Shown piece by piece: positions 24,801 to 37,559 of a DNA stretch of 64,000 bases. Numbering within the stretch: the first letter of the stretch is position 1; each line of letters begins with the position of its first letter. The notes beneath the pieces were generated by a model. That model was given only the letters and a program-made list of their open reading frames with translations. It did no database searches and was not told where the DNA came from. Origin of the DNA: Camelus ferus (lineage: Eukaryota); NCBI RefSeq assembly GCF_009834535.1, contig NC_045714.1, positions 16,430,001-16,494,000 on the forward strand, read 5' to 3'. The translations under genes and the position numbers were made by a program.

Positions 24801-25557
24801 CCGACCCACGGTGGCCTCCCACGCCCCTTTTGTTGGGGTGTCGTTAGGGGAGGAAGCGTGAGTGTAGGAGGAGCAGAGAGGCGGGGGTCGGGGGTGGACC
24901 CAGCGTGCTCAGGGAGGCTGAGCTGTGTCCACGGGAGACAGAGGACACGGCACAGAGGACACTGCTTCCTGTGCAGAGTCTGTTTCTGCAGAAGACACCT
25001 TCCCAGCCTCCCACTGGGGCGGCTCAGGCAGCTCTGGGATGACCCCACAACACACTCTTTCCAATCCAGGCCTCAGCTCTGTGCCCTGACATAGGCCTTT
25101 AGCCTCTGTTCCCGGCTCCTTGAGACCTTCAGAGGGGACCGGAGTCCCCCAGAGGCCTGTGGGTGCCCTGCTCCTGGGCCTCCCCGGCCCTGCGGGATTC
25201 TGACCCCAGTCTGGGCAGGCCCTGGGCATCCGCACCCTAGCCCGTTCCCGGGGCCATTGCCGCTCCTGCCTCTGGACCACACTTTGAGCAGCTCGGTTCA
25301 GGGCCCCCGGGCCTGGATGCAGTGGAGCCACAGTGAGAAATCCACCCCACGTGGGCTGGGGACTTGGGGCTGGAGGATGGTCTGGGGGCTGCACCGGCTC
25401 AGGGGAGGGGTCAGAACACCATGCTGGTGAGAGAGAAAAAGGTGGGTGTCCAGAAGCCAGGTGTCCGCGAGCAGGTGGGGCCTGTGTGGGGAGAGGGGTT
25501 GCTGTGAACCTGCCAGCCTGTCCCTGCACAGACTCGCTCACAGCCGGGGGCTTCCTG
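21824..25557 (-). repeat. Right arm of the 3.7 kb inverted segmental duplication
   Basis: Reverse complement of 15802-19521; paired coordinates sum to about 41345-41360. Confidence 0.97.
22118..24137 (-). CDS. CST9L: CST9/CST9L-like cystatin, copy 2 (inverted). Exons 24137-23808, 22809-22696, 22207-22118
   Basis: Same predicted protein and splice sites as copy 1. Confidence 0.8.
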
Positions 25558-25570
25558 CCCTGAAAAGTCA

Positions 25571-25765
25571 TTCTTTTTTTTAAATTGACGTATAGTTGCT
25601 TTACAATGCTGTGTTAGTTTCCGGTGTGCAGCACAGTGATTCAGTTACCCATGTACATATACGTTCTTTTGCAGATTCTTTTCCATTATAGGTCATCATA
25701 AAACACCGGGTACAGCTCCCTGTGCCGCACAGTAGGTCCTTGTGTGTACTTTATGTATAGAAGTG
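25571..25765 (-). mobile_element. L1 3' end (artiodactyl-type), minus strand
   Basis: ttttttttaaattgacgtatagttgctttacaatgctgtgttagtttcc...cagtaggtccttg. Confidence 0.8.
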
Positions 25766-26194
25766 TGTTGAGGGCAAAAGTCGTCTTTTTAGTTAGTCAA
25801 TGCCCAGGAACTGCTGTTGGAACCTGTCTAATTGCAGCGACTCCAAGGAGCAGCCACACTCCTGGGTGTCATACCTTGCTGTGTCCCCGACCCCACCCAC
25901 CCAGAACTAAGCCAGGTGACCGGTAACACAAAGAGGAGCTGGTGGGGCACCTAAAGCCGGGGCACAAAGGGCGCTGTGTCTTCCAGCTGGTCTCTCAGGC
26001 CTGTGTCTGGAGGAACCAGGCAACACACGCAGCCCCCGGCCGCCCCCGGAGGGGCCACACGGAGGAGAACAGAGACCGCCTGCCAGCAGCCACACCGCCC
26101 TGCAGCCGTGAGAGCGAGCCAGCCTGCAAGTGGGCTCCCCGGAGCCAAACTCACCTTCTGATGGGTCGGTGCCCTCAGAGTCTGAGTCTGCCAC

Positions 26195-27067
26195 CTCGGG
26201 AGAGGTGACCCCAGCCAAGCCGCCGCAGGGCCCTGGCCCGCAGACCCCGCAGAGACACAAGAAATGGCTTAAGCAGCAAGGGCAAGGCGACCAGTCACGC
26301 AGCACTGGATTATACCTCCCACTGTGTGCGCACAGGTACACGCAGACACACGCAGACACACGCACACACACACACGCAGCCTACTTGCCAGGTACCATCG
26401 CTCTGGCAAATTTCTGCCTCATTTCAAAACCAAAAGTACAACACAAGTCTGCAAATGACCCAGCTGTCTCCCAGCTTGGATTTGGGGTTTAAACCTCTGT
26501 CTGCAGCCGCGTGAGCTCCTGTGTCCCGGGCAGGGAGCTGTCTGGAAACCCACGGATGGACATTCCCACACGACCGCACCCTCGGAGCCTCGCAGAAATT
26601 ACCCACCACGTAAAGGCAGCACGGCTCCGCCTCCTCGCGCGGAGAACGCACAAAAAGGCAAAAGGCTACAGGAGGGAAGCCAGCATGTCAGCCGTGTTAT
26701 TTCAACGTTCTCAGGCGTCTGTGCTTCTCCGGAGGGACGTCAGGGCGCAGGACGCGCCGGAGGGCTAGACGGGTCGGCATTCCTTCTTCAGCAGCTTGAG
26801 TTCAAAGTTCCAGGGTTTGGACGCAACAATAAAGGTGCAATAAAACATCTAAAAGAGACAAAAAGGATAATAAGCTTGTAAGAAAAAGTGAAACAAAACC
26901 CACAGTCAAAAAAGCCCCAGAAATGTGTATTTCCAGGAGCGGGGATCTGGCTTCAGGCGGCTAAGAGGCTTCCTGAGCCGGCCGCGCCCTGCAGAGCCCT
27001 GAGCCGTCTCCGCGGGGTCTGTGGGCCAGGGCCCTGCGGGGGCTTGGCTGAGGTCACCTCTCCTGAG
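26195..27067. repeat. 62-bp imperfect inverted repeat pair (26195-26256 and 27006-27067)
   Basis: ctcgggagaggtgacc...ccccgcagagac versus gtctccgcggggtc...ggtcacctctcctgag, with about 5 mismatches. Confidence 0.85.
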
Positions 27068-30000
27068 GAGCCCGCCTTGCCACCAGGAGGAGCCCTCGGC
27101 AGTTCACGTCCCCATGATCTGAAGCCATCGCTGATGTGGGAAGAACAAGATTTGGAGCCCAGGGACTAATCATTCTCAAGAAATCCTCATGCCCAGCTGC
27201 AGCCCTCCTCCGGCCACACGGAGACCCCGTGCTGAGCGGAGGGCCCAGCTGTCCTCCCCGGGGGAGGCGGCACCACAGAAGAGTCAGGGTCCTGCATGCC
27301 TGGGAAAGGGGCCACGTCTGGCTGGGGACCACCATGAAAAGCTTGCCCTGGAGAGCTGGGGGGTTACACAGGGAGCCCTTTCCAGGGCCTGTGGAATGAA
27401 GGGGTTCAGGTTTCCGGCGTGGATGACTCGCCGTGTCCCTCCTCTCTCCCGATATCTTTATTCAGTTAGAATAAAAATACAAAGAATTCTTTCTTTTGAA
27501 CTCCATTGCATCAGCGGAAGCACGAGTGACAGCATCAAGCAGATACGAAGTTGTGTGAGGTTCAGTTTGAGTGGGAAACAGGACCAAGCTACCACAACCC
27601 AGAGCTGCCGCGGAGGAACTGAGGCCGGCCTGGGGGGCGTCCGGGCAGAGGGGGCATCCAGGATGGGTTGAGATGGTTCCTGGCAGCGGTGGGAGGGGTG
27701 GGGAGGGGAGAGAGTGGGCTTATCAGAGGGTCAACTTTTTCCTTAACTTCTGGATCAACCAACATAGAAAGCAACCCAGGCACCAGGGAGGGAGGAGCCC
27801 AGCGGTAGAGCACGTGCTTAGCACCATGCACTAGGTCCCGGGCTCCATCCCTGGGACCTCCATTTAAAACCAAATTTAAATAAGTAAGCCTAATTACCTA
27901 CCCCCCACCAGAAAAAAAAAAAAAAAAAAAAAAAAGAAAGCAAGCCCAGCTATTGAGAGCAATCCTAGGGGACATTTTAGTGAATATATAAAAATCTTCA
28001 AGAAGTTAAAAGAAATATTGGATGAGTAATTCAGCGTCTGGGAATTTGCCCACAAGGCAACAACAACCAGATACACACACAGACAGAAATAAGGAAGAAT
28101 ATTCATTAGGACACGCTCGCAACGGCTAAAAATGAGAAAAATGTGAATAATTCGCCGGGATCGACTGAATACTACGTGTAAACGTTAAATGAAGTCAACT
28201 AGTTCCGCTACAGAGTGCCCTCAGATAATTTTACAGTTTGGGAAATCCTTAGATTTTATTATCAAATAAGCATCTAAATTGTGGAACGGTGCACAGTGTG
28301 ATCCCAACTACACAATAACCCAAATACAAAATACAGGAAAACTTGGCTACGTGACAAGCCGACAGGGGTAACCTTTACACAAGCGTCTTTCTAGTTGATT
28401 TTAAGCCACTTAAGTCTTCTGAAAATGCCCAGCTTTTCTACCTGAAGTGAATCAGGCCTGTAACTGTCTAAAACAATATCAAGTTTTAAGATTTGTTTTC
28501 CAAGGAGCTCAGATATTCACCCTTTCTTCCTTTCTAGGTCTCAGTAAAAAACTAGAGAAAGCAAATATGCTCGAATGCACAGGAGCTCTGGCACGGGGAC
28601 ACGGGGACCCGCAGGCGTCCTGAGACCCACCCACGGCAGAGGCAGGGAGGCGTCTCCGCAGGACAGGAAGGCATGTCGAGCTGGGCAAGCGAGGTCTGCT
28701 GGGTGCCATCTGAGCACCTACCTTCTGCATCTGGGGGTCCTGCTGCTCTGAGCAGTTCTCATGTTCTCCTGAAACTTTCTTGCATGTTGTCCTGACAATC
28801 TTGGCTTCAATAAGGTAATCCAAGCTATCCGTGATCTGCCCGAGAGTAATTTAAGGTTAGACCTCATAAAAGCGCACGTGGTGTCCGTGATCAAGTGGAT
28901 AAACAAACATGCCATCCCTGCTCAGCGCAGAGGCTGTTTCTCCCTCCCTCCCTCCTACGGCTGTTTTTTTTTTTGTCAGAGTTTTGGGCTGGTCGTACCT
29001 CGATCTCTCTGTTTCTCAGTCTCTCTTGTATTTAAAGTCTCTGCTGAGAGTGTATCGCTTCTCCCTGAAGCTTTGGCAGTTTTGATAATCCACCATAATT
29101 CCACGTGGAACACCCCCCAAATCCCTGACTTTCCGCATCTTCCCACACCCGCAGCCCTAGGGGCCCACCTCCATTCAGGGAGGGCCCCTGTTCTGGCCTC
29201 TTTGAACCTGTTTCTCCTTGATTCTTTCGCATCCTTATCTGCATTCAAGGCTGGCAGAGCAGACAAATAAAATGTACGTTCATGAAAAGAACAAGCAAAC
29301 AGTATGAAATGAGACCTAAGTTTTGGGACATGTGGGTCTCTGGTTTGTTTTATTACTGAATCCCTGTCTATGAGGCAGAACCCACCATTTCTGTTTGATA
29401 AATGGGGAGCACAGGGAAGGAGAAGTCCCGGGAAGCGGGCCGGTCCTGGGAGGGGGGAGCCTCACGAGGAACGGGTGCCACGCTGACACCCATGACGTCC
29501 GAACTCGGCAGGTGACCACTGCCTGCGGACACGAACGACAGAGCCGGGGCTGCACGGAGGACCGGGGGAGCCCGGGACCCACCGCGTAGAGGGGGTGAGG
29601 CTGCCGGTGTCCGGCCTCTTGTGGGGTGGAGGCATCGCCTGCACCTTCCGACCACACAAAAAGGCAGGAAACGGGCAGGTTGGCGGTGACGGGAGGGCAG
29701 AGATGCAGGTCGGGCCAGGGTCACCTACAACGCGGGCTCCCCCCACACCTCGGGCTCCAGCAGACCGGCCCGCCCCCCAGCTCCGGCCCCTGCGAAAACC
29801 ACAGGACAGCTCTTCCTCAGGAAACACAGCGTTGGTTCAACGTGCTCTTCTAAGACACAGTCCATGTTCAGACCCCTCCCGCTGTCCTCACATCAGCCTT
29901 TCCAGCATTATTTTAAATCCAAGAGGCAATACAGAACCACCCCCGGCAGTTATCCCCCCTTGTTTCCTAAGCCCCCCTGAATGGAGAAATGTCCCCTGCT

Positions 30001-30971
30001 CCCCTGTCTCACGACACTAATACTTTCGTCGGGCTCGGAGACGCTAACTGCCCTCGTGATTACCGTCGGGGGTGCGTCTGGGGTGCCCTTCCAGTGACGC
30101 CACATCGGAGGCGCGTGACGTTCAGTTTGCCCCGGTGTTGGTACGGGCCTTCGGGGAGCGAGGCCCCCGGGCATCCTGGCTGTAATTACTCAACAGGGAC
30201 TCCCTGCGGGGGTTCTCCCTCCCACGCTGTCCTCGCGGGGGGAGGGTCACTGCTGGCCTCTGCCTGAGCCCCTCGTGACCTTGGTGGTTGCCAAAGGTGA
30301 TGTTCGAGTTTCATGCTCGTTCACAGCTGTAAGCAGGCACTTTGCTATAAAGAAGAGCTTGCCCTTCAGCCCCAGTTCCTTTTTCAGTGAAAGCTGGATG
30401 TGGAGTTTGTTTGCTGGTTTACTGTGTCACAAGGCACCCCCGCCCACACCACCCCTGTGAATGAGGTCCGTTCAAACTCTCCCAAAAATGACCCCCCCAA
30501 GAGCCCTTCTAGGCCCTCACCTGCGCCTTCTGATGTGACGGTGGCCAATTCTAAGTTATCTTAATGGATGTGCTGTATTTTACCCCAGAATTGTACGGGA
30601 GGAGATTTAATTGATTTTCTTCCCCAGTCCCCTAGAATAAAGTTCACATACTTTGGCTCAGGGCCTCTCTCAGCTGCTCCCCACGGCAGCGGGCCTGCCT
30701 CTACCGCAGGCCCGGAGACAGAGGGGGAGCCAAAGCCACCAACCTGCTCCTGGGACTTCAGGATCTCCACCACCTTGAAGGCGAACTTGTCTGAGCTGGC
30801 TTTGTTGTACTCCTTCATGGCGAACCACACAGCCTGCTGCACGTACACGTAGGACTTCGGGATGTCTTGGAACTTCCTCACCACCTTCGGCGTGCCCCAG
30901 GCGTGGACAGCACTGGACGCCAGGGCCACAGTGGCCACCAGGAGCAGCAGGCTGGGGCAGAGCCTGGCCAT
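26765..30971 (-). CDS. CST13: Cystatin 13 (cystatin T-like), 141 aa. Exons 30971-30744, 28835-28722, 26848-26765
   Basis: Reads MARLCPSLLLL...AWGTPKVVRKFQDIPKSYVYVQQAVWFAMKEYNKAS...LKSQEQ | ITDSLDYLIEAKIVRTTCKK...QQDPQMQK | MFYCTFIVASKPWNFELKLLKKECRPV*. Canonical GT-AG sites, intact frame, strong resemblance to mouse Cst13. Confidence 0.93.
27784..27935 (+). mobile_element. tRNA-derived SINE with poly-A tail
   Basis: gggagggaggagcccagcggtagagcacgtgcttagc...taagtaagcctaattacc...A(n). Confidence 0.8.
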
Positions 30972-31197
30972 GACAGGCCAGCCAAGGGGCTCTGGGCCGA
31001 GTTCCTTCTGTCCTCCCACGCCTGGGGGGCCCTGCCCTGCTCTGCTGCGAGTGAAAAGGAAAAAACTGCTGTTAACATCGTCTTCCCCACCAAAGCAGCC
31101 GCCTGCAAAGTGTGCAATTCAGTCCAGTTTCCCATCTTGGCTGCTTCCTTTCTTGGAGGACGCACATCTCCGTGCACCCACGTGGTGGAGGTGGGCG

Positions 31198-31198
<1 letters not shown>

Positions 31199-31230
<32 letters not shown>

Positions 31231-31272
31231 ACGCATACACACACACACTCATGCACACACGCACACACTCAC
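31199..31272. repeat. (CA)n microsatellite
   Basis: Direct reading. Confidence 0.9.
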
Positions 31273-32122
31273 AGCTATTCTTCCTGCTGCTCGGCCCCCA
31301 GCCCTTGTTTGCAAGGCCCGCGTGTGCCCAGCGCGCACAGTTCTGCGTGCAGACAGCACAGGACCTGTGGCACACGCTGCCCGGGGAGAGCGTGGCCTCT
31401 ACACCCTCCTTCCCCTCGTCTCCTTCCCAGCACGAGCATGGAGACCTTGCACCGGCTCAGACGGCTCTCGCTGGTCGGGCTGGTGAGCAACACGCTGGCA
31501 TCCGTCCCCGAGCACCAGGGAGTCTCGCTGGGCCCTCACCTCTCATCCCCCCGGGGCTGGGAAACCCTTCCCACAGGAGGAGTGTCTCTGGGACCGCCCT
31601 GTCGCAGTCTGACCCACGCGCACAAGGGACCACAGCCGACCCAGTGTCTGCTTTCAAGGCGGTTCCTTCTGCAGGAGAAACTCATCAAGGGCGGCTAGTG
31701 ATGCCGAGGCCCAGGGGCCGATGTGTTAGGTGCAAATCAGGAGCAGGCAAGCAGCTCGAGGCAGGCCGGGTCCGGGGGTGCGCTCACTGCAGAGAAGTAA
31801 GGACAATGTGTCCAAGCCAAACAGAGGGCATGATGGCGAGACCAGGAGATGCCTGGTAGCTGGCAGACACACACGGCACCGAACACTCACAAGGTCTCAG
31901 CTCAGATGCCCGCCGGGGACGCACTCTGGCCCGCGCCCTCTGCCCAGGAGTCGCCAGCCAGACCCTCACCGCTGGAGGCCGACCGGGCTGCGCACCTGCT
32001 CAGAGCGCACATCACTGCCCTGCAGGGAGGCTGGTGCACAGGGGATGCCACGCCCGGGGCCCAGCTCGTCCCGTGGTCACCTGCCCTCTCGCTGCCCTAC
32101 CCCCCTGCTGGATGGCAAGCGC

Positions 32123-32130
32123 TGACGTCA
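32123..32130. promoter_or_regulatory. Full palindromic CRE (TGACGTCA) upstream of CST13
   Basis: Exact motif about 1.15 kb upstream of the CST13 ATG; function is inferred. Confidence 0.35.
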
Positions 32131-35100
32131 TACCCGTGGGGCTCGAGCTGCTGACACCCGCCCCGCGACCTCTGCAGTAATTGCCCGCGTCGTTCCTGCC
32201 CAGCACAGCTGCACCCAGACCCACCTAAGCACCCAGCCCCTCTCCACTCCCCGGCTGGCAGAACTCCAAGCGGCCGCCAGCCACAGCGGGTCCTCCTCCT
32301 TCCTGAGGACCCGAGCTCGCCGGCTCCTGTCCCGTGGCCCGCGTGCTGTCTCCAGCGCGCTCAGTTCATGGCCCAGGGGCTGAAGTCGGGGTGCATCTGC
32401 TCTCCCACCAGTGGTCACCTCTGTGGCCCCTTTGTGACATCAGCCCTGCCCCTCTGATGCTGCGTGAGTGACTGGCTCCCCGACAGGGGCCCCTCTGGCT
32501 CAGAAGTCCACAGGCTCACGGGAGCCACCTGCCCCAGCACAGAGTTCCACGCCTGCCGACTGCCCACATTTCTTCAGAAGTGCTTCAGGTGGACCAGTGG
32601 GAAGCGAACCCCTCCAGGGCCATCCTTTCGTGTGACCCTGCGGCTTAGAGGCCGGAGGAGGCTCCGTCAGCCAGGCGCAGGGGGCCTGGGCTGCGACGGC
32701 CCTGGAGGGGAGGCTGCGGGTGGTGCCCAGGCCAGAAATGTGGAGTGGAAGGCGGGCAGCAGCGGTGCAGGCGTGACTGTCCTCTGAGGGTGAGCGGGGG
32801 ACCGATCCCTGCTGGCCTGTCAGCCGTCCCTGCCCGGCCTCCAGCCTTGTCCCGGGCAGGAAGACCTTCCCTTGTCGGATTTCCTTTCCCGTTTGTGATT
32901 CTCGGGGCCCAAGCCAGGCTCCCTGAGGGTCGGAGCTCCAGCCCGCTCTGCACGGAGGGCCTGGCTCGGCCGCAGTCGGGAGCTCCCGAGAGCTCGGAAG
33001 CTGGGAGTCTCCCCAGGACGGGGTACAGGTGAGCATGGGCAGGAGCCTACCTGACCCACCAGAAAATTCCACATGGAAAGCCGGGCTCTCGGGCCGACGA
33101 GGCCCCTGCTAAAGGGCCGGTGTCAGAGACAAGTCCTGTGCTTGGCCTCAGCAGCCCTGTCTGAGCTCGTCGGAAACACAGGAGCCAGAGCGGAGAGTGA
33201 CAGACCTGGGCCTGCAGTTTGGACGCACACACCCCTCTCCCCGACTGCCAAGGGAGGACTGGGAACACAGAACAAGTTATTTGAAAGATGTTTGGCAATG
33301 GGCTAAATTCCCTTTTATGGAAAAAGCTCTTTAAAACCCCAAAGAAAAGACAATTTCCTCAGAGAACCCACATCCTTCTGTGAATTCCACAGGCCCACAC
33401 GGGAACCATCCCTGGTAAACCCTGAAAAGCTGCATAGTTGTCAACACGATGCACCACATCCAGATTTTTATCCCACAGAAATATTTGCCGACGTGCACAA
33501 AAGCGGGTGGGGGCACGGTTTTCTGGGCTGGAGTAGAGTAGTCATTGCCTAAACGTTTCGGTCTGGATAGACCCTGTCCTGGACCTGTGGCTGGAGAGAG
33601 CAGGCTTTGGCTGGAATGAGGGAGGACAGAACCGTTCCCAAGAAGGCGTCCTCCCCAGCTGTGTCCACACTGGCCCATCTCGCCAGCCCCAGCGGCCCCA
33701 GTGGCCCCGGCAGCCCAGGTAGGGTTTAGGTGAAGGGGAGGGGCTGTCCGCGGGTCCTTGGGGTGCAGGGAGCCTCACAAGCTGCCTCAGAGGCGGCGCC
33801 TACGGAGCGAGCATCACACTGGAACTGGTCCCGGGAGGCAGAAGTGTGGTGGGCCCGGGGCTGAACTGGGGGTCTTGGCTCCATGGTTATGGCCATCGGC
33901 ACCTTCACCACTTCCTGATGTGGACAAGCGGGGCTCATTCTGACATAAGCCGGGGAAAGCAGCTCAAGACAGGTCCTGGCCTCCCCTTCCACCCTTACTG
34001 CTATGGGGGAGCCCCCTGCAGAAACTCTGGAGCCGCCCGGGCGGTGGGGCCAGATAACGTCACTGAAATAAGTTCCTTGGAGATTTATTTGTCCCTTTGT
34101 CTCTCCACTCTGACCGCCACCCCACAAAGCTCCCCACCGTCCACCCTCCCTGGAGGCAGGGCAGCCGATCTCTCTCCCAGAGAGGCCCCCATGAGACGCT
34201 GCACCTGAGGCTCAGACCCCGCCCCAAGGGGGCCTGGAAGGAAGTGGTGCCACCACCTTCCTCGCGTCCGCACTCACCAACCACCAGCCAAGGCAGAGGC
34301 TGAGCGAGGGCAGCAGAAGCCAGGACGGGGCCCAGCGCAGCGGGATTCCCTGGAGGCGCCATCCGGGGCCTGACCCCTGGCTCCGGTCCTAGTTTGGGAA
34401 AGGTGCCTGTCCTCACCGGCACTCAGCCAGGCTGGGAGACTCGGAATTCCAGCAAAGCTAGTCTGACTGCGGCCATGCCCTGAAGGCCTGCTCCAGGGGT
34501 GGCTGAATTGGGAAACCCTGCAGAAACCTGCATTTTGGCAGGAAGCATGGGGGCCTGTTCCCAGGACTTTGGAGCAGTTCTCTGATCTGCAGCCTGGCTC
34601 TGGCTTCTCCTGTGGGTGAAGTTTGCCGTGACACTGAGCAAGTGGAAGTTAGTCCCACGACAGGGCAGATTCCTCATCTTGGAGCCACATTCTGGCTTTT
34701 CCCACCGGCAAGGGCGGGTGGGATGGTGAGTGATTGCAGAAGGGGCTTCCTTCGTGCACATGGAGTTTCTGCACAGGGAGGGGCAGGCAGGGTTCTGGGC
34801 ACTGCACACGTGCAGACCTCGGGGTGAGCCCACCGCGTCGGGAAGCTTGGGAGCCTGTCGCTGCAGTGCCTGTGGTGGGGGCGGCGTGGGGCAGGGGACG
34901 AGCTCTTTTCCTCAGAAGGGCCCACAGATTCACGTGCTATCTGCCCGGGGTGCACGCTGCAGCCGCGCCTGGTGTCCTGATAAAAGCCGGAGACTCCCAG
35001 ACCCACGCCCTCCCCGTTGTCCGGTCCAAGGACACTGCGCTTCGGACAAGAGCGCTGCAGATTGTTTCGTCCCTGGCCCACTTTGAAGCTGCAACAGTTA

Positions 35101-37559
35101 CACTCTGTGTCAGCTCAAGAACGACAGTGACCACAGAACTAGCACTTTTCTATCTTAACTGGGACGAGGTTGGCAAGTGAGAAGTGGGAGGAGGCAGCAG
35201 AGGCCAGGGCTCAGGTCTCTGCTGCCAAGGGTCCCCCAGGCCACTGCCCGGCCTGACCCCAGCAGGGACCCGCAGGTGTAAGCGTCCAAGCATTGATTGA
35301 CAGCTGGGCCAAAGCATCACCCCTCCCCCGTGAGAAGTGCTGGCCCCTCGTCCCCTCCCCCGCCCTGGTCCCAGCACCGCTCAGAGAGGCAGGTGTGCTG
35401 TTGTCCAAGGTAAAGGTGAGCAGACGAGGCCCTGGAGGTAGAAGGTGGCAGAGCTGGGACGAGAACCCCACTTCCTGCGCCGGCCTGAGGCCGTGGCCCT
35501 GCCCTTGCAGGGGCCAGCGCCTGCAGGCGCAGACCCGCCGGTGTCTGGGAGGTGGCTGCACGCTGCCCCCGCTCCTGGCCTCGCCCCCCGGCCAGGGGGC
35601 TCCTGCGGCCCCACCAGGGCCCGAGCCTCACTTCCCTGTGCACAAACACGCTGACGCCTGGGAAGGGAGGCTGTCACCCGGGACTGGTCCCGGGTGGCCA
35701 GGCTCTGTGCAAAGACTGTCAGACACTGCGGCTTCCGGGCTCCACCTGCCAAGCCTGGCCCACAGCTCCTCCGCGCGTGCCCATGCCCCTCGCACTCTGG
35801 CCTCCGCTCCCCCCGCTTCCTGGGGAAGCCTTCCTTAGGCCACAGAGGCCAGGCCAGCGGCTGCAGGGAGGAGTTGGGTGGCTGCCCAGCACCAGGGTGG
35901 GGAGCACTGAGGGAGGGGCAGGGCGTGTGAGTGCCCGTGTGGAGCATCTCTGCTGACAGGCATGGGGCCGCAGTAGACCTGCCGCCGGGTAACTGGGCGG
36001 TGCGCGGGGTAGAGCTGGGGCATAAAATGTTATGGGCCGCATGGGCGCACGAAGGCACATTTGGTCCCCACTGGCGTCGTCAGTGGCCTGCACAAGGGTC
36101 GTCCAGGCCCTGCAAGTCGCCTCTCCTCCTGGACGATCCACCAGGCAGTCTGCAGGAGAGGACGGTTCCTCGGGGAGGAGTGAGGCTCTCGCTGACCCTG
36201 GGTGAGGCTGGCGGCAGCGAGCTGACCCGCACATCCAGCAGAAGCTGGTGAGCTGGCCTCCCCACTGGTTAGGCTCACGTCCCCTTGATGCACCTTTGGC
36301 CGTGTCCGCTTGGTTTCAGTTTTGTGACAGCAGCACCCACAGATGGCCCTGGTGGAGGGGCGGAGCTGGGAGGATGGGCAGGAGCCGTTTTGGCCAGGCC
36401 AGTGCAGGACCCGTCTCAGTCCTGGGCCTCCAGGGCAGAAGTGCCATTCACCACCGAGGCCAGCACGTGGGCACAGGACCCACCATTAGCAGAAGGGCCC
36501 CATCTCTCCCCGACCCAGGCTGGTCATGCAGGTTGGGCCTCCTGGGCCTCTGCTCTGGCCACAGCCTGGCCACTCCTCCCCTCCCTCCTCCCTGGCCGAG
36601 TTCCTCTGTTTCTCAGGAGTGAACCTGAATCTTTATCCCATGATCCTCGGAAACAGAATGGTCTCCTCATTTCATTCACGAGGTCAAGGGGGAGCAGCCC
36701 CCTTCGCTGGCCTGGGTCCATTCCCAGGGCTGGTCCAAGGGGCCACACCCCCAACCCCACACAGGGTGGACGCTGGGGGCCACTGCACACACTGCCATCT
36801 CCGGGTCTTGACCCTTTGCCCCAGGCTCCTTTGGAGACGCTAGAAATGCACCTACTGGGTCTCTGTGTACCGAGCACGTAGGAAGGGGACCCCCTCCAAG
36901 GCGCACACAGGCCATGAGCCTGCCCCCCTCCCGCCCTGTTGCCTCCCAGTCCAGCACACACTCCTGCACACACTCCTGCACACACACCTGCACACACAGA
37001 CACATGTGAACACTGGGCTTCCTCTTTAGGCTTTACTGCCCTCACCCCTCCCTCTCTGTGACCACCGTTGACATTTACAGCAAAAGATACACCAATTCCC
37101 CCAGTTCACAGAGACCCCCGGGGGTGGGGAGCGCTGCTTCTGCCAGGGCGGCCCCCAGCCCACCCAGGTGATCCGGCCCTCAAGCTGAAGGACGCCTCCC
37201 AGGGGCACCTGGGAGTTGGTACCCACTGGGCTCAGGCCCCTGTGAGGGGCGGTACCCATCACAAAGGGATTCCCCCGAGACGTCAGTGGGAGAGAGAGTC
37301 AGACCTTACCCCCCACCACTTTATGCTCAGTGACAAACGGTCCTTGTTCCTGGTGGCGGTGCACCGCGGGCTGCACGGCGAGCAGCCTCCCCCAGGCCAG
37401 GAAGGAGGACTGGGACACGCCCATCTTTTGCCACCAGCTGATGCGAGACTAGGAAGCAAAACAGCAAGCCACGGGCAGCGGTGAGGAAAGCGTGTTGGTG
37501 AGAGCGCGCACGCCGGGCTCCCGGCGTGGAGGAGGGGGCTGCAGCGGGGCCCGGGGCCC

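Noticed and set aside
30862-31859. 278-aa and 330-aa ORFs with HT/TH repeats
   Set aside because: Translations of the (CA)n microsatellite in stop-poor GC-rich DNA, antisense to CST13
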